Source: Histomonas meleagridis 2922-C6/04-290x
Taxonomy: Eukaryota; Protista; Parabasalia
DNA: 64,000 nt
Reading direction: 5' to 3'
NCBI GenBank assembly: GCA_020184695.1
Contig: JAANOX010000275.1
Span: 195,173 to 259,172, forward strand
Made by a program: the position numbers and the translations under genes
Notes under the pieces: model-generated
Database searches by the model: none
What the model saw: the letters and a program-made list of their open reading frames with translations, nothing else
What the model was told of the DNA's origin: nothing
Shown: in pieces, positions 52,150 to 62,060 of the stretch
How the letters are laid out: every line of letters starts with the position of its first letter
Position numbering within the stretch: the stretch's first letter is position 1

Positions 52150-52950
52150 GTGATCGCTAGTATACTTCGGAAAGTATATGTTCTATTTCGACTTGTTTTA
52201 ACTTATTATTAATATTATACATTTTGTATAGTTTATTGTAGTCTTCCTCTGATATTAACAAAGAAACTACTCTAAAATAATATATATATGATATTATTTT
52301 TCTAATATTATTCATATATATAATACAGATCTAAAAAATTGTGGAAAACTATAATGTTCGAAATAAGTTAATATTAATGTGATATTATTATCATAATCAT
52401 ATTTAATCATATAAGGTTTATATTCATTTATATATTTATCTAAATTTTTTACTTGTTTATTTATGAAATTTTCAGGTTTTTTGATATAAAACATGTATTC
52501 ATCATATATTTTAATGTTGTTGTCAACTCGTTGTTGTTGTTGTTATTTTTGAAAAATATTCTGATATTATATAGTTTTTCAATTAATTCTTTTATTTTAG
52601 TATTTGCATTAATAAAATTACCATTTTTCAAATTATCCGATAGGTATCGATATAACACTAGACATTAATGCTCCATTTATATCAATATAATAGTATTTCT
52701 CAATCAAATGTATATTTTTCCATATAGTTCATAAATATATACATTCTAATCGAATTTTATTAGCAATATCACCACTCAATTCATATATATTATCAAAACA
52801 ACCATATTCATACATAATTTTCTTCATTAAATCGCTTGCCTTATAATAGTTTTAAACATTAATATTTACATTCGATTTATTAATAATCTTTTACAGATCA
52901 TTTAATCTATAATCTATGTCAATATCTTGTTTATCATAACCAAATAACTT
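52150..52950 (-). pseudogene. Protein-primed family B DNA polymerase remnant (Polinton/PLV type)
   Basis: One frame reads GCFDNIYELSGDIANKIRLEC..*..KYYYIDINGALMS..SIPIG (motif A-like DxNxxY). Then LKYMMNTCF (motif B-like), HYSFPQFFRSVL and SLLISEEDYNKL. Confidence 0.6.
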
Positions 52951-52989
52951 TTTATTTTGTTTATATTTAACAGTATCTATATTTGGAAT

Positions 52990-53790
52990 ATATTTTTCAT
53001 AACAATCTTATTATATCATTTGTTTGAGGGCTTAACCCATCAGATTTACGTATGTTTGGCATTACTTTTTTTGCCAAAGAAAACAAAAGTAAGTCAAGTG
53101 GTTGCACTTGATCACTTGAATGGGATGGAATTACTACTGCAAGATCCACGTTAAATGCAAAACATTCATCCTCAAAATAATCTGTAAAATGTTGCTTCAA
53201 TCCATCTAGTATCAGCACTGCAGATCTATCGAAGTATGGATCTTCCTTTCGATGAGATTCTAATCTTTTTTCTATTTGGGGAAAAAAACATGGCGTACCC
53301 CTAAAAATGAAATTTATAAATCCATTTTCCTGGTTACAGATCATTACTTTTTTTCTGGCTTAATACCAATATCATAAAGTTCTTTGTCTATAGTTATCCT
53401 TGGAACAACAACAAGAGGTTTTAAATATGACCCATCCGCAAATATGCAGTGCAAAATCGTAATTCTTTTTTTCATTCTTTCTATTGGTATACTCCCTTCT
53501 TTCGCCCATTCAGGGATAACAATCGGATTTACTCTGCCTTGTGAAATTTCACCTTCCATTCTTTTGTGGGAGATATTGGTGATCGCCTGTAGAGAAACAG
53601 ATTTGCCATTTATGACCAAGTTACTGATTTTATAGATCTGTTCTCTCATCGAAGAAGACCTAATGGTGCATTCTCGTATATTAGATATTAAAATTTCTTT
53701 ATCTTTTAATTCTTCTGATACTGAAAGATCAAGGTTTTTCAGCTTTGAAGGTGGCTTCTCGACCACTTCCATTAAAATGACAAATTTATT
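52990..53790 (-). mobile_element. pogo/DDE_1 transposase remnant
   Basis: ITILHCIFADGSYLKPLVV, LILDGLKQH and IPSHSSDQVQPLDLLLF. Confidence 0.8.
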
Positions 53791-54099
53791 TCAAATTGTG
53801 ACGACCACAGACAAATCAGTAAAAGGCTATTTTACATCCTGGTCTACAGGTTTTTCACCGCAGTCTATATTTAATAGCAAACATTAATGCTTTCAACATA
53901 ATATTGTTTTTATTAGAGTTTAGGATATAAGTTGAATTATTTTGACATGTTAATTTGTTGATTAATTTTATTTATAGTTTTATTTTCAGATTGTTTGATT
54001 TTTAATGTGTGTCTCATTCTTTTATATATATTTGAAATCCTCATATGAACTATATCCATATTTCTCAAACATTTCTATAACTTGTTAGATTGATAGTTT

Positions 54100-54837
54100 C
54101 TTTGACATCTAATTACGTGCTTTTTGAGATTCTATAGAAGTCAACACTTTCAAACAACCTATTCCTACCTTAAATGATTCGTCTCAGCTAGATGATTTTA
54201 CGAAAACAAATAATTTTAAGTCGTACATGCTTGGCTTGAAAAGAATAATGAAGGGGGATATATTCCCAAATGCTAAAAAGTATGTCACAATACAACTTAT
54301 GATAGTTTTTTGCGAAAAGTACAAATCAGAATGTTAAAAATAAAATAGAATCTATAACAATAGAAAGTTTGCTTTTATGGCTTTTTACGAATTTCCGAGG
54401 CGTACAGATTAATGTGGAAAGAAATAACATATGATCAGGACGGACGTTTGGTATTACTCATTCCTTATTCTACAACAGATCAAACAGGGAGGAGAGTCAA
54501 TGTGTACATTTGTCGTTCGAACACAATATATTCCCCTTTTATATGGTTACCAAAATGGATAGAATTAAGTCATATAAATGAAGAATAATCGAATGTCTTT
54601 ACATTATGTGATAGAACATTTAGGAGAAAGTTTAAATTGCAATTTAAAAAAATTGGAGTGAATCCAGAGTGTTATTCAACACATTTTTTTCGTAAAAATG
54701 CCGCTCATGAACCATCATTGGCTGGAATTGCTGATTGCAAAATTATAGCCCAAGGAAGATGGATTTCTTCATGCTATCAGCGTTATACTTCTATCCAAAT
54801 GGTTGAGGCTGGAGATGCAATTACAGTTAAGACTTAA
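54100..54837 (+). pseudogene. Tyrosine recombinase (DIRS/Crypton/PLV type), disrupted
   Basis: FYGFLRISEA (catalytic R), IPYSTTDQTGRR (SKTDQ with K>T), HFFRKNAA and GRWISSCYQRY (W and catalytic Y). Confidence 0.85.
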
Positions 54838-55023
54838 TTCGAACTCAATTTATATTTGTCCATATAATTTTTTATATGAGATTGAAAAAGTTGTTAGACA
54901 ATATTATTATCAAAAAGTATCCTGTTAATTACATTATATGTTACATTATTTTTCTCAATATATATTTTACTAACATAATCATAAGTATCACTTTTACAAC
55001 AATGACTGTCAGTATCTGCTTTT

Positions 55024-55140
55024 ATGAGTTCTGAATCATTTGTATCTGTTAATAATTGTAATATTTTGATTAGCTCGTCTTCATCACCAATTATATATTT
55101 ATTTACAATTAAATTTCTTGAATTTCTTTTTACATTAGAT
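55024..55140 (+). mobile_element. Short Helitron fragment
   Basis: VSVNNCNILISSSSSPIIYLFTI is homologous to VSVDNCINFINTSSSAIIYFFTI in the Helitron frame at 61620-61994 (-). Confidence 0.5.
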
Positions 55141-55298
55141 TTCTATAATGATTATTTTAATAATTTTAACACTTCACCTAATAGCAATGCTCAAGACGAT
55201 ACGAAAAAGACAATTTATGTTACTAATGTTTTTTCTTCATTATGGTCAGTAGAACAAAATGTCAAAGAATTAAATAAACAAAAAAAATAATATTTATT

Positions 55299-55505
55299 TT
55301 ATTTATTTTTTTTTTCATAAGGTATAACATATATTTCACTATTTCGTCTTAAAGCTGAAAATGGTATTGGTTTCTCAAATATAATTGCATTCGTAAATGT
55401 CACCCTTCTCTGTTTTTCTATATCTTTTAAATTTGTAATTTCAGGAATATTTAACCTATTTTTGTTGTAATAGGTTTCTATAACTTCAGGTTTATAATTA
55501 GACAT
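55299..55505 (-). CDS. Small viral hypothetical protein (68 aa)
   Basis: Intact ORF with TCATT 8 nt upstream of the ATG. Confidence 0.55.
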   Translation of the reverse strand: MSNYKPEVIETYYNKNRLNIPEITNLKDIEKQRRVTFTNAIIFEKPIPFSALRRNSEIYVIPYEKKNK

Positions 55506-55535
55506 AAATAAAAATGATTTTTTTTAGTCAATTAT

Positions 55536-56106
55536 TTAGTTTGCCCTAGTTATTATGCTTTCTCTACGTGGACGTGGCCCTGGATATGGAGTAATTATTA
55601 AATACGGATCATAAATGCTTAAAGCTTGTTGACATCTTAAGTATTTTCTAATACAGAAAATCACTCGTGAAAACTCAAAAGTATGAAGCTTCCTGTAATG
55701 ATCACTCACCCATCTACCAGTGTCAGTTAATATCCTTATCTTATCTATATTCAACTTCACGTAACATATTGCGTGATATACACATACATCCTATAGTAAC
55801 ATATCTTCAGCGTTAAACGTAGGGTCATCCAAATCGAACTTTTCTATAGGAAGGTAATGTAAGTCACTAGGCTGTATTCGTCTTTCAGGTATAGCCCAAG
55901 TGTACATAAAATCAAAGTCCCCTAACTATATCTACATCAAACCAGACATTTATATTTGAAGGCCGCACTTTGCTAATAATGTAACTTTCTATAGAAATAG
56001 GACCAAAGTTTTCTTCAACCAAGTTCATCGGATCATAATATCCCTTTGAACTATACAACCTAACTTCTTCTTCCTCGTTGTCACTGTCGCTGCTGAACTG
56101 TTGCAT
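55536..56106 (-). pseudogene. Viral hypothetical protein (~190 aa reconstructed)
   Basis: The 56106 and 55760 ORFs join after removing one base from the G4 run (55919-55922) and reading through one TAG (55791-55793). Confidence 0.55.
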
Positions 56107-56179
56107 TTATCAAATTTAACTTATAAATAAATGATTAAAAATTATAAAAAAAACTCAGTGTCAGAAAAATGCTATAGCA

Positions 56180-56270
56180 TTGAATTTTTGAAACTAAAAT
56201 ATACCAAATTGGACGCAGGCGTCCTTTAAGGACGCCTGGGATTTGGTATATTTTAGTTTCAAAAATTCAA
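56180..56270. repeat. 91-bp palindrome: perfect 30-bp arms around a GC-rich 11-bp inner hairpin
   Basis: 56180-56209 is the exact reverse complement of 56241-56270. The core is caggcgtcctt-t-aaggacgcctg. Confidence 0.95.
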
Positions 56271-56299
56271 AAAAACATATATATATAAATAATATTTTA

Positions 56300-56569
56300 T
56301 TATTTCTTTTGTCCAACTAGTGCATTAGCTACACCATCTATCACAGGTGAGAATTTATCTGCTATTTTAATTCCTTTTGCAATAGCACCTGCATGACCAG
56401 GTAAATTTTCAATTCCAGGTATTTTACCTACTGTATTTACAACAGGTTTAGCTACTTTATTCCAAACATTTCCAATAAATCTACCGACTGGTTTAATAAT
56501 TTTATTTTTAATCCAAGCACCAGCTTTTTTAAATCCGTTTTTAATTTTGTTCCAAAAACCCCAAGCCAT
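56300..56569 (-). CDS. Cationic amphipathic protein (89 aa), adenovirus pVI-like N-terminus
   Basis: MAWGFWNKIKNGFKKAGAWIKNKIIKPVGRFIGNVWNKVAKPV shows W/F/I vs K helical periodicity. Confidence 0.75.
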   Translation of the reverse strand: MAWGFWNKIKNGFKKAGAWIKNKIIKPVGRFIGNVWNKVAKPVVNTVGKIPGIENLPGHAGAIAKGIKIADKFSPVIDGVANALVGQKK

Positions 56570-56599
56570 AAATAATAATAAAAATAAATATTTATTTCT

Positions 56600-56886
56600 T
56601 TATTTATAAAATGCAGGATGTAAATTAGAAAAGATCTTATCATTTGCTTCCATACCTACTGGTTTGAATATAGGAGCTATTCTATCACCTACTTCAAATA
56701 TTTTTATCTTCCGGTAATTTCTTTAGAGGGCCTATCTTTTTAATACCTTCTTTATGTTGTTTTGCAAATTCATAACCTTTGGCAATATGTGGACTAATAT
56801 TTGCGAAGCCTTCTATAATTTTTTTTAAGTAAAGGTCCTATTTTTTTTATACCTGATTTAAATTTATACCAAACATCCCAGCCCAT
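56600..56886 (-). pseudogene. Second amphipathic peptide gene (MGWDVWYKFKSGIKKIGPLLKK...), frameshifted; not in the ORF track
   Basis: ATG at 56886. Removing one base from the A8 run (56819-56826) gives ...KKIIEGFANISPHIAKGYEFAKQHKEGIKKIGP. Confidence 0.6.
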
Positions 56887-56920
56887 TTAAAAATTATGGA
56901 AAATATTTTCATTTTTATTA

Positions 56921-58552
56921 ATGCATTATAATAATACGCAATCTAAAAATGAACAAAATGATCAAGGTAATGTTGGAGCTTATTTTGATCGTCTTAAAGA
57001 TTTAATTGCTAAAAATGATGGTACTCGTTCTTTTATTTTAAGAACTGAAGATTGTCATGATCAAAATGCACATTTTAATCAATCACAAGAAACTAGATTA
57101 AGAATTACTCATGGTGATCATATGATTTCACAAATAACTGAAGGTTTTATTAATTTTAAACTTAGAATAACTGTACAATTATCAAAAAGCTATTTCATCC
57201 GGTAATTTCACATATCCAGAAAAATTAGCTAAAATATTGAAAGGTGCTAAGAGATCTAATCAATTATTAGATCAATTACAAATTATGTCTAATAATATTT
57301 CTACTGGTTATCAACAAAATGAATGTTGTCGTGAAGGTTATTGTTATTCTACAATTAAACCTTATGCTGAAAAGAAAACTAGAAAATATACACATTCTTT
57401 ATATGAAAATGTTTCAGAATATTCTCAATCTGTTTGTGGTACTTATGTTGATTTAAATACAATTGCAGATGGAAATAAACATGATATTGAATTTGAAATG
57501 AATTTACCATTTGAAGATATATTAGCTTTACAAGCATTTGATTTATATCCAAATAGATTAGTTGGTGATATTGAATTAAAGTTTTATGTTAAACAAAAAT
57601 GGTTTAGTATGGCGTCAAGTAGATCCACGTAAAATTAAAGAAGTGAAAAGAATTTTTTTAGAAGATTCTTCTATTAATGCTACATTTAATAATTTACCTT
57701 TATTTACTTATGGTTTTTACTCAAATAGGTAATTCTGCTAATATAACTACTACATTTAAATGTGATACTGAAACTAATCATACTATTGATACTGCAACTG
57801 AGAATGTTTCTTTATATTGTACAGGTTTAACTGTACTTTCATGTAAATCTAATATGTTTGGATTTGGAGTTAAAGAAGAAACTTTAAATCAAATAGCTCA
57901 AATACTTCAACAACCTGGAGGTTTAGTAATTCCTTCACAACAATTAGATTATAATGCATTTGCTTTAGCAGCTACTGAATCTGGGGTACAATCTACTATT
58001 AATATGCCATTATTTAATGTTACTACTATTACAGTTGTATTTCCAAAGCATGCTAATGATTATACTTGTTTCGATAATCCTATTTATAATAATGTTCAAT
58101 TAACTATTGCAGGTCAAAATTATCCTGATGAGCCTATATCTACATTAGGTGCTAGATTTTTACAATATCAATTAGTTGCTTCTGATTTAGATGGTGGTAT
58201 ACAATGTACTAAAGAATTTGAAGATTCTTTAACTATGGATAGAAATGCTTCAAATGGTACTAGATATAATAATACATTAAGTGATGCTACTTCATTTATG
58301 CTTAATATACAATGTGAACGTTCACGTGGTGGTTACGTATTTGATGGTTTAGATTCTAACGGTCAAAATATACCAATACAAATTAAAGGTCAACCTATAT
58401 TTACATACGCTAATGATACATACTATAATGTAGATGAAGCTGGAAATCATCCTCCACCACCACAATTATTCATTTGTCGCGATACTTATTTCACATTAGA
58501 CTTACAAAATGGTCTGAAATACCATACTAATGGTACACCAGAGGGTTATTAA
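56921..58552 (+). CDS. Putative double-jelly-roll major capsid protein (~542 aa after three single-base corrections)
   Basis: Three listed ORFs join into one frame with no internal stop after deleting one base from each of A5 (57184-88), A5 (57595-99) and T5 (57714-18). Size, beta-strand-rich composition and proximity to the A32 ATPase support MCP; the fold is inferred, not shown. Confidence 0.65.
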
Positions 58553-58614
58553 ATAAAAATTATTTTAAAATTAGATCTCAGATTTTTTTAAGATTAAAAA
58601 TTAGAATTGATTGT

Positions 58615-58857
58615 TTATTGATACGGATGAGTGATCGCGTAGTCAAGTGCTCTATCGAACTGCTCTAGGTATTCCGGCTTCAAGATGCGCCTGTAGCATT
58701 GACTCCAATTAAGTAAACTTTCAAGGCAGCCAGGGACTAGGTTTTTTTAAGAGGCTCACGAGTTTCTTCTCCTGTGCTCCAGTGCACCAGGAAAGAGACC
58801 GCCCCATCTTTTGAACTCGGGATCAGAGATATGATCGACTGCGTACTCTTGTTCCAT
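58615..58857 (-). pseudogene. Chromodomain-like micro-protein (~80 aa), two compensating homopolymer frameshifts; not in the ORF track
   Basis: MEQEYAVDHISDPEFK/DGAVSFLVHWSTGEETREPLK/NLVPGCLE... follows EYxVxxI...xLVxW...TxEPxxNL. TCACT lies 8 nt upstream. Confidence 0.6.
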
Positions 58858-59252
58858 TCCTGAAAGTGAAGTCATGCAAAAATATTGTCTCTCAATTAAA
58901 CTTTTTTTGATATATTTTTTTATTATTTTGAAACGAACACCCTTTCAAATATTGAGAAAATAGGTTAGGACTTTGTGTCATTTGACAAGTCATTTTTCGT
59001 CATTTTATCACAACATAATTGTATTGTGATAAAATATTTTTCAAAAGTTTATAATTCAGTAAACTTTTTATTTAGTTTATTTACGGTAAACACAAAAAAA
59101 ATTTGTTTAAATAGTTTACATATACTAAATAATTAGATTTTTTTATTTATAGATCATTTTGAGGTTGATTATTTTGTGGCATTAATGTATTAGCATAATT
59201 TTGTAATACATTCAATTTATTTACATAAGCATTATATTTATTAAAATCATCA

Positions 59253-59534
59253 TTAAATATTTGATTTAATAATTCCATTTTTAGATATTTGATAAGCTTG
59301 ATCCAATTGTTCAGGCGTTATATTTTGTAAAGGATTCTTTATAGTAGGATGATATTTTTCATCTATAAATTTATAAATTTGTTTTCTTAATAAATTATGA
59401 TATTTATTATACACAGTTACAGTTACTGTTATTACATTTTTATTATTTACTATAGACAAGGAAGGTTTAATATTTATGACACTAAAATCACAATCTTTAA
59501 GTTCTTGTGCGAAGCATGTATAAGGAGCTTCCAT
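59253..59534 (-). CDS. Small viral hypothetical protein (93 aa), divergent from the ATPase
   Basis: Intact ORF with TCACT and TCATT immediately upstream. Confidence 0.6.
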   Translation of the reverse strand: MEAPYTCFAQELKDCDFSVINIKPSLSIVNNKNVITVTVTVYNKYHNLLRKQIYKFIDEKYHPTIKNPLQNITPEQLDQAYQISKNGIIKSNI

Positions 59535-59585
59535 TAAAAATAATGAAGTGACAGAATGCTTTTTTTATGAAAATTATTTTAATTT

Positions 59586-60388
59586 ATGGAAAACGATATT
59601 AATATTGATGCATTAGATAATATGATTGATTATTGTTTATATAAAAATAAACCTAAATTAAATGAAGAATTAATAAGTGAAATTCATCCAGAAGTGAATG
59701 TACCTTATAATTCTTTAAATATAGCAGTAGGTAGACAAAGAAGTGGGAAAACTCAATGTATAATTAGAGAAATTATTAAAATTAGTAATATTAGTCCTAG
59801 AACTCATTTATTAATTTATATTAATAAAAATGGATTAGAAAATGATCCCACTTTTGAATCATTAAAACCTTTAATTAAAATCCCAATTTTATATGTAGCT
59901 GAAAATCAAGCAGAAGATATAGTTAAAGATATATTAAAATGGAAACAATTTTATAATGAAATTAAAAATAATCATTGGGAAAATAAAATAGTAGATAATC
60001 AAATAACTGAATTATTTGAAAAATTATATATTAATAATTTTTAATAATTTAACTTTACATACTATAATATTTTTTGAAGATTGTGCTAATAGTCCTTTAT
60101 TTAAAAAACCTACTAATTATTTTAATCAATTATTTACTAAATTAGCTCATATTCAATGTTCTGTATTTTTCGCTGTTCAATTTTGGAAATCTTTACCTGC
60201 TGAAGTTAAAGCTAATGTAAGTACTATATTTATATTTCCTAATTTCTCTAAACAACAATTAAGATATATGATTGAACAAATACCATTACCTTATACTAAA
60301 GATCAAATTTATTCAGTTTATCAAAAATTAACTGGTCATCAAAAAAATGATTATTGATGTTAATAATCAAAATATAAAAATTGAATAA
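59586..60388 (+). CDS. A32/FtsK-HerA-type DNA packaging ATPase (~266 aa after two single-base corrections)
   Basis: Walker A AVGRQRSGKT, Walker B IIFFEDC, FTKLAH..CSVFFAVQ...LPAEVKANVSTIFIF and a terminal MIID strand. Frameshifts fall in T5 (60038-42) and A7 (60341-47). Confidence 0.88.
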
Positions 60389-60418
60389 AAAAAATTTTTT
60401 TTAAAATCATTTTTTTTA

Positions 60419-60785
60419 ATGCAACAAGATGTGATATATGGAACACGTAGACCACGAAATAAAGATGGTACACGTATATATCCACCAATTATTAAAAAAG
60501 AACGTGAAAGATATGTTACAGAGGGTGATGCTAAATATATTTTTGATGATGATTTAAGTCATTATAAATATCATGGTGCTGATAGTACATTAATTGATGA
60601 GAATATGAAAGCTTTAGCACATCTAATTCTTGATTTAAAGAAAGATGTTAGAAAAGTTAGAGATGCACAAACATATAATGGTGCTTTGGAATATGTTAAC
60701 AAACATAATGATGGTAAAGATCCAAGATATCATTGGTCAGTAAAAAAAAAAAAGATGTTAATGGTGATAATATATTTGATCATAC
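60419..60785 (+). pseudogene. Viral hypothetical protein, 3'-truncated by Helitron DNA
   Basis: TCATT upstream. The frame shifts at the A12 run (60742-53) to KDVNGDNIFD, then the sequence switches to antisense helicase. Confidence 0.55.
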
Positions 60786-62060
60786 GCATAAATTGTTCTG
60801 CACATTCAGCCATATCATCATGTGCATTTGTTACAGCAGGAACTTGGGAAGGATCACATGGAAAATAACAGTATTACCTGCAAAAGGTATTTGAATGTGA
60901 TTTCCCGTGTAATCACACTATACAATTAATCTTTTTGATGCAGCATTAATCACAGATTTATCTAACATAGTGATTACATCAACAATAATTACATCAACCC
61001 TTTGAAAACGCAAGTCCATGATGATTAGTAATATTTAAAGTTGATATTGGACCATTGGGTGACATCCAAATTGAAAATGCATCATGAAAGGTTTTTTCAT
61101 TAATTAAAGGAGCTGCAATACCTGTTGAAGCAGTTGTAATTAAACTATATAGATCGGCAATTCAGAATTTTTATATTAAATTGATATAAAAACTTTTTCC
61201 TGTTTTGCCATTAATAAATAATCTTGAATCATTGCCATCATAATATTTAATAATTGCTACTTTAATTTCCGTAAATGCTAATAATTGTTCATTATTTAAT
61301 TTGTGAAAATCCTCATTTAATGAATTTTCTGCAATTGCGCGATATTCGTTAGTATAATCTGAATTAATTAATTCCAAACATTTGGAATTTCATTAATAGC
61401 ATTCGTTTGGGTATTTTCTGAATTAATCGTATTAAATTGATTTAAACACTGACGAATTTGCGTTAATCTTCGTAATAAGAAGAAAATTTATAATAAATAA
61501 TTATGATTGAATATTTCATTTATATCAATCACATTTGAATTTCGTAAAATCATTGAAATATTTCTGGCAATTTCATAAGGTGAATAACGATTTGAACGTA
61601 ACATATAATATATGTAACTTTAATAGAATTGATCTGCCTCTGAATGAATATGATTAATGAATACACCATGATATATAGCAGCTGCTACATAACTTCCATA
61701 ATCACTTAAAATTTCATTATCAGATCTCCAGCATCCAGATAAGAATGTTATGTGTGATAACAATAATGTTCTCTTTTTGAACCCAAATAGTATTTGTTTA
61801 AAACAACAATTGGCGGCTTTTTTGCTTGTGATAAGTTTTGGAAATATAATACAAGCATTAGCGTTATGTTTAGATATTATTGAAAATAATATATTAATAG
61901 TAAAAAAATATATAATTGCTGATGAAGATGTATTAATAAAATTAATACAATTATCAACAGATACTAATGATAGAGAATTAGTAATAGCATACACTGATGA
62001 TTATCGTTGTTGTAAAAGTAATATTATAATATTTAGAATTTTTTCATTTTTTATTCGATA
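60786..62060 (-). mobile_element. Helitron RepHel (PIF1) remnant
   Basis: LLLSH...SGCWRS...GSYVAAAIYHGV, LNNEQLLAF...LFINGKTGKSF, TTASTGIAAPL, VDVIIVDVITML and PFAGNTVIF..DPSQVPAV. Confidence 0.8.

Larger units (their letters stand above)
55140..60785. mobile_element. Endogenous Polinton-like virus, structural/packaging module (truncated at both ends)
   Basis: Compact, gene-dense, very AT-rich block containing an A32 ATPase, a large beta-rich capsid-sized ORF and small cationic ORFs in alternating orientation. Confidence 0.8.

Noticed and set aside
58615-58875. GC-rich island as a structured ncRNA or tRNA
   Set aside because: No tRNA, snRNA or rRNA hallmark. The minus strand gives a coherent chromodomain-like reading with an initiator and a stop.
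56921-60388. Introns or programmed frameshifting as the cause of the split viral ORFs
   Set aside because: Each break is fixed by one base. There is no GT..ACTAACACACAG-type trichomonad intron and no consistent slippery heptamer plus stem.
55010-62000. Inverted homology between about 55010-55140 and about 61880-62000 as terminal inverted repeats of the virus
   Set aside because: The arms are visibly diverged, and both read as the same internal Helitron coding segment, contiguous with helicase motifs on the right.
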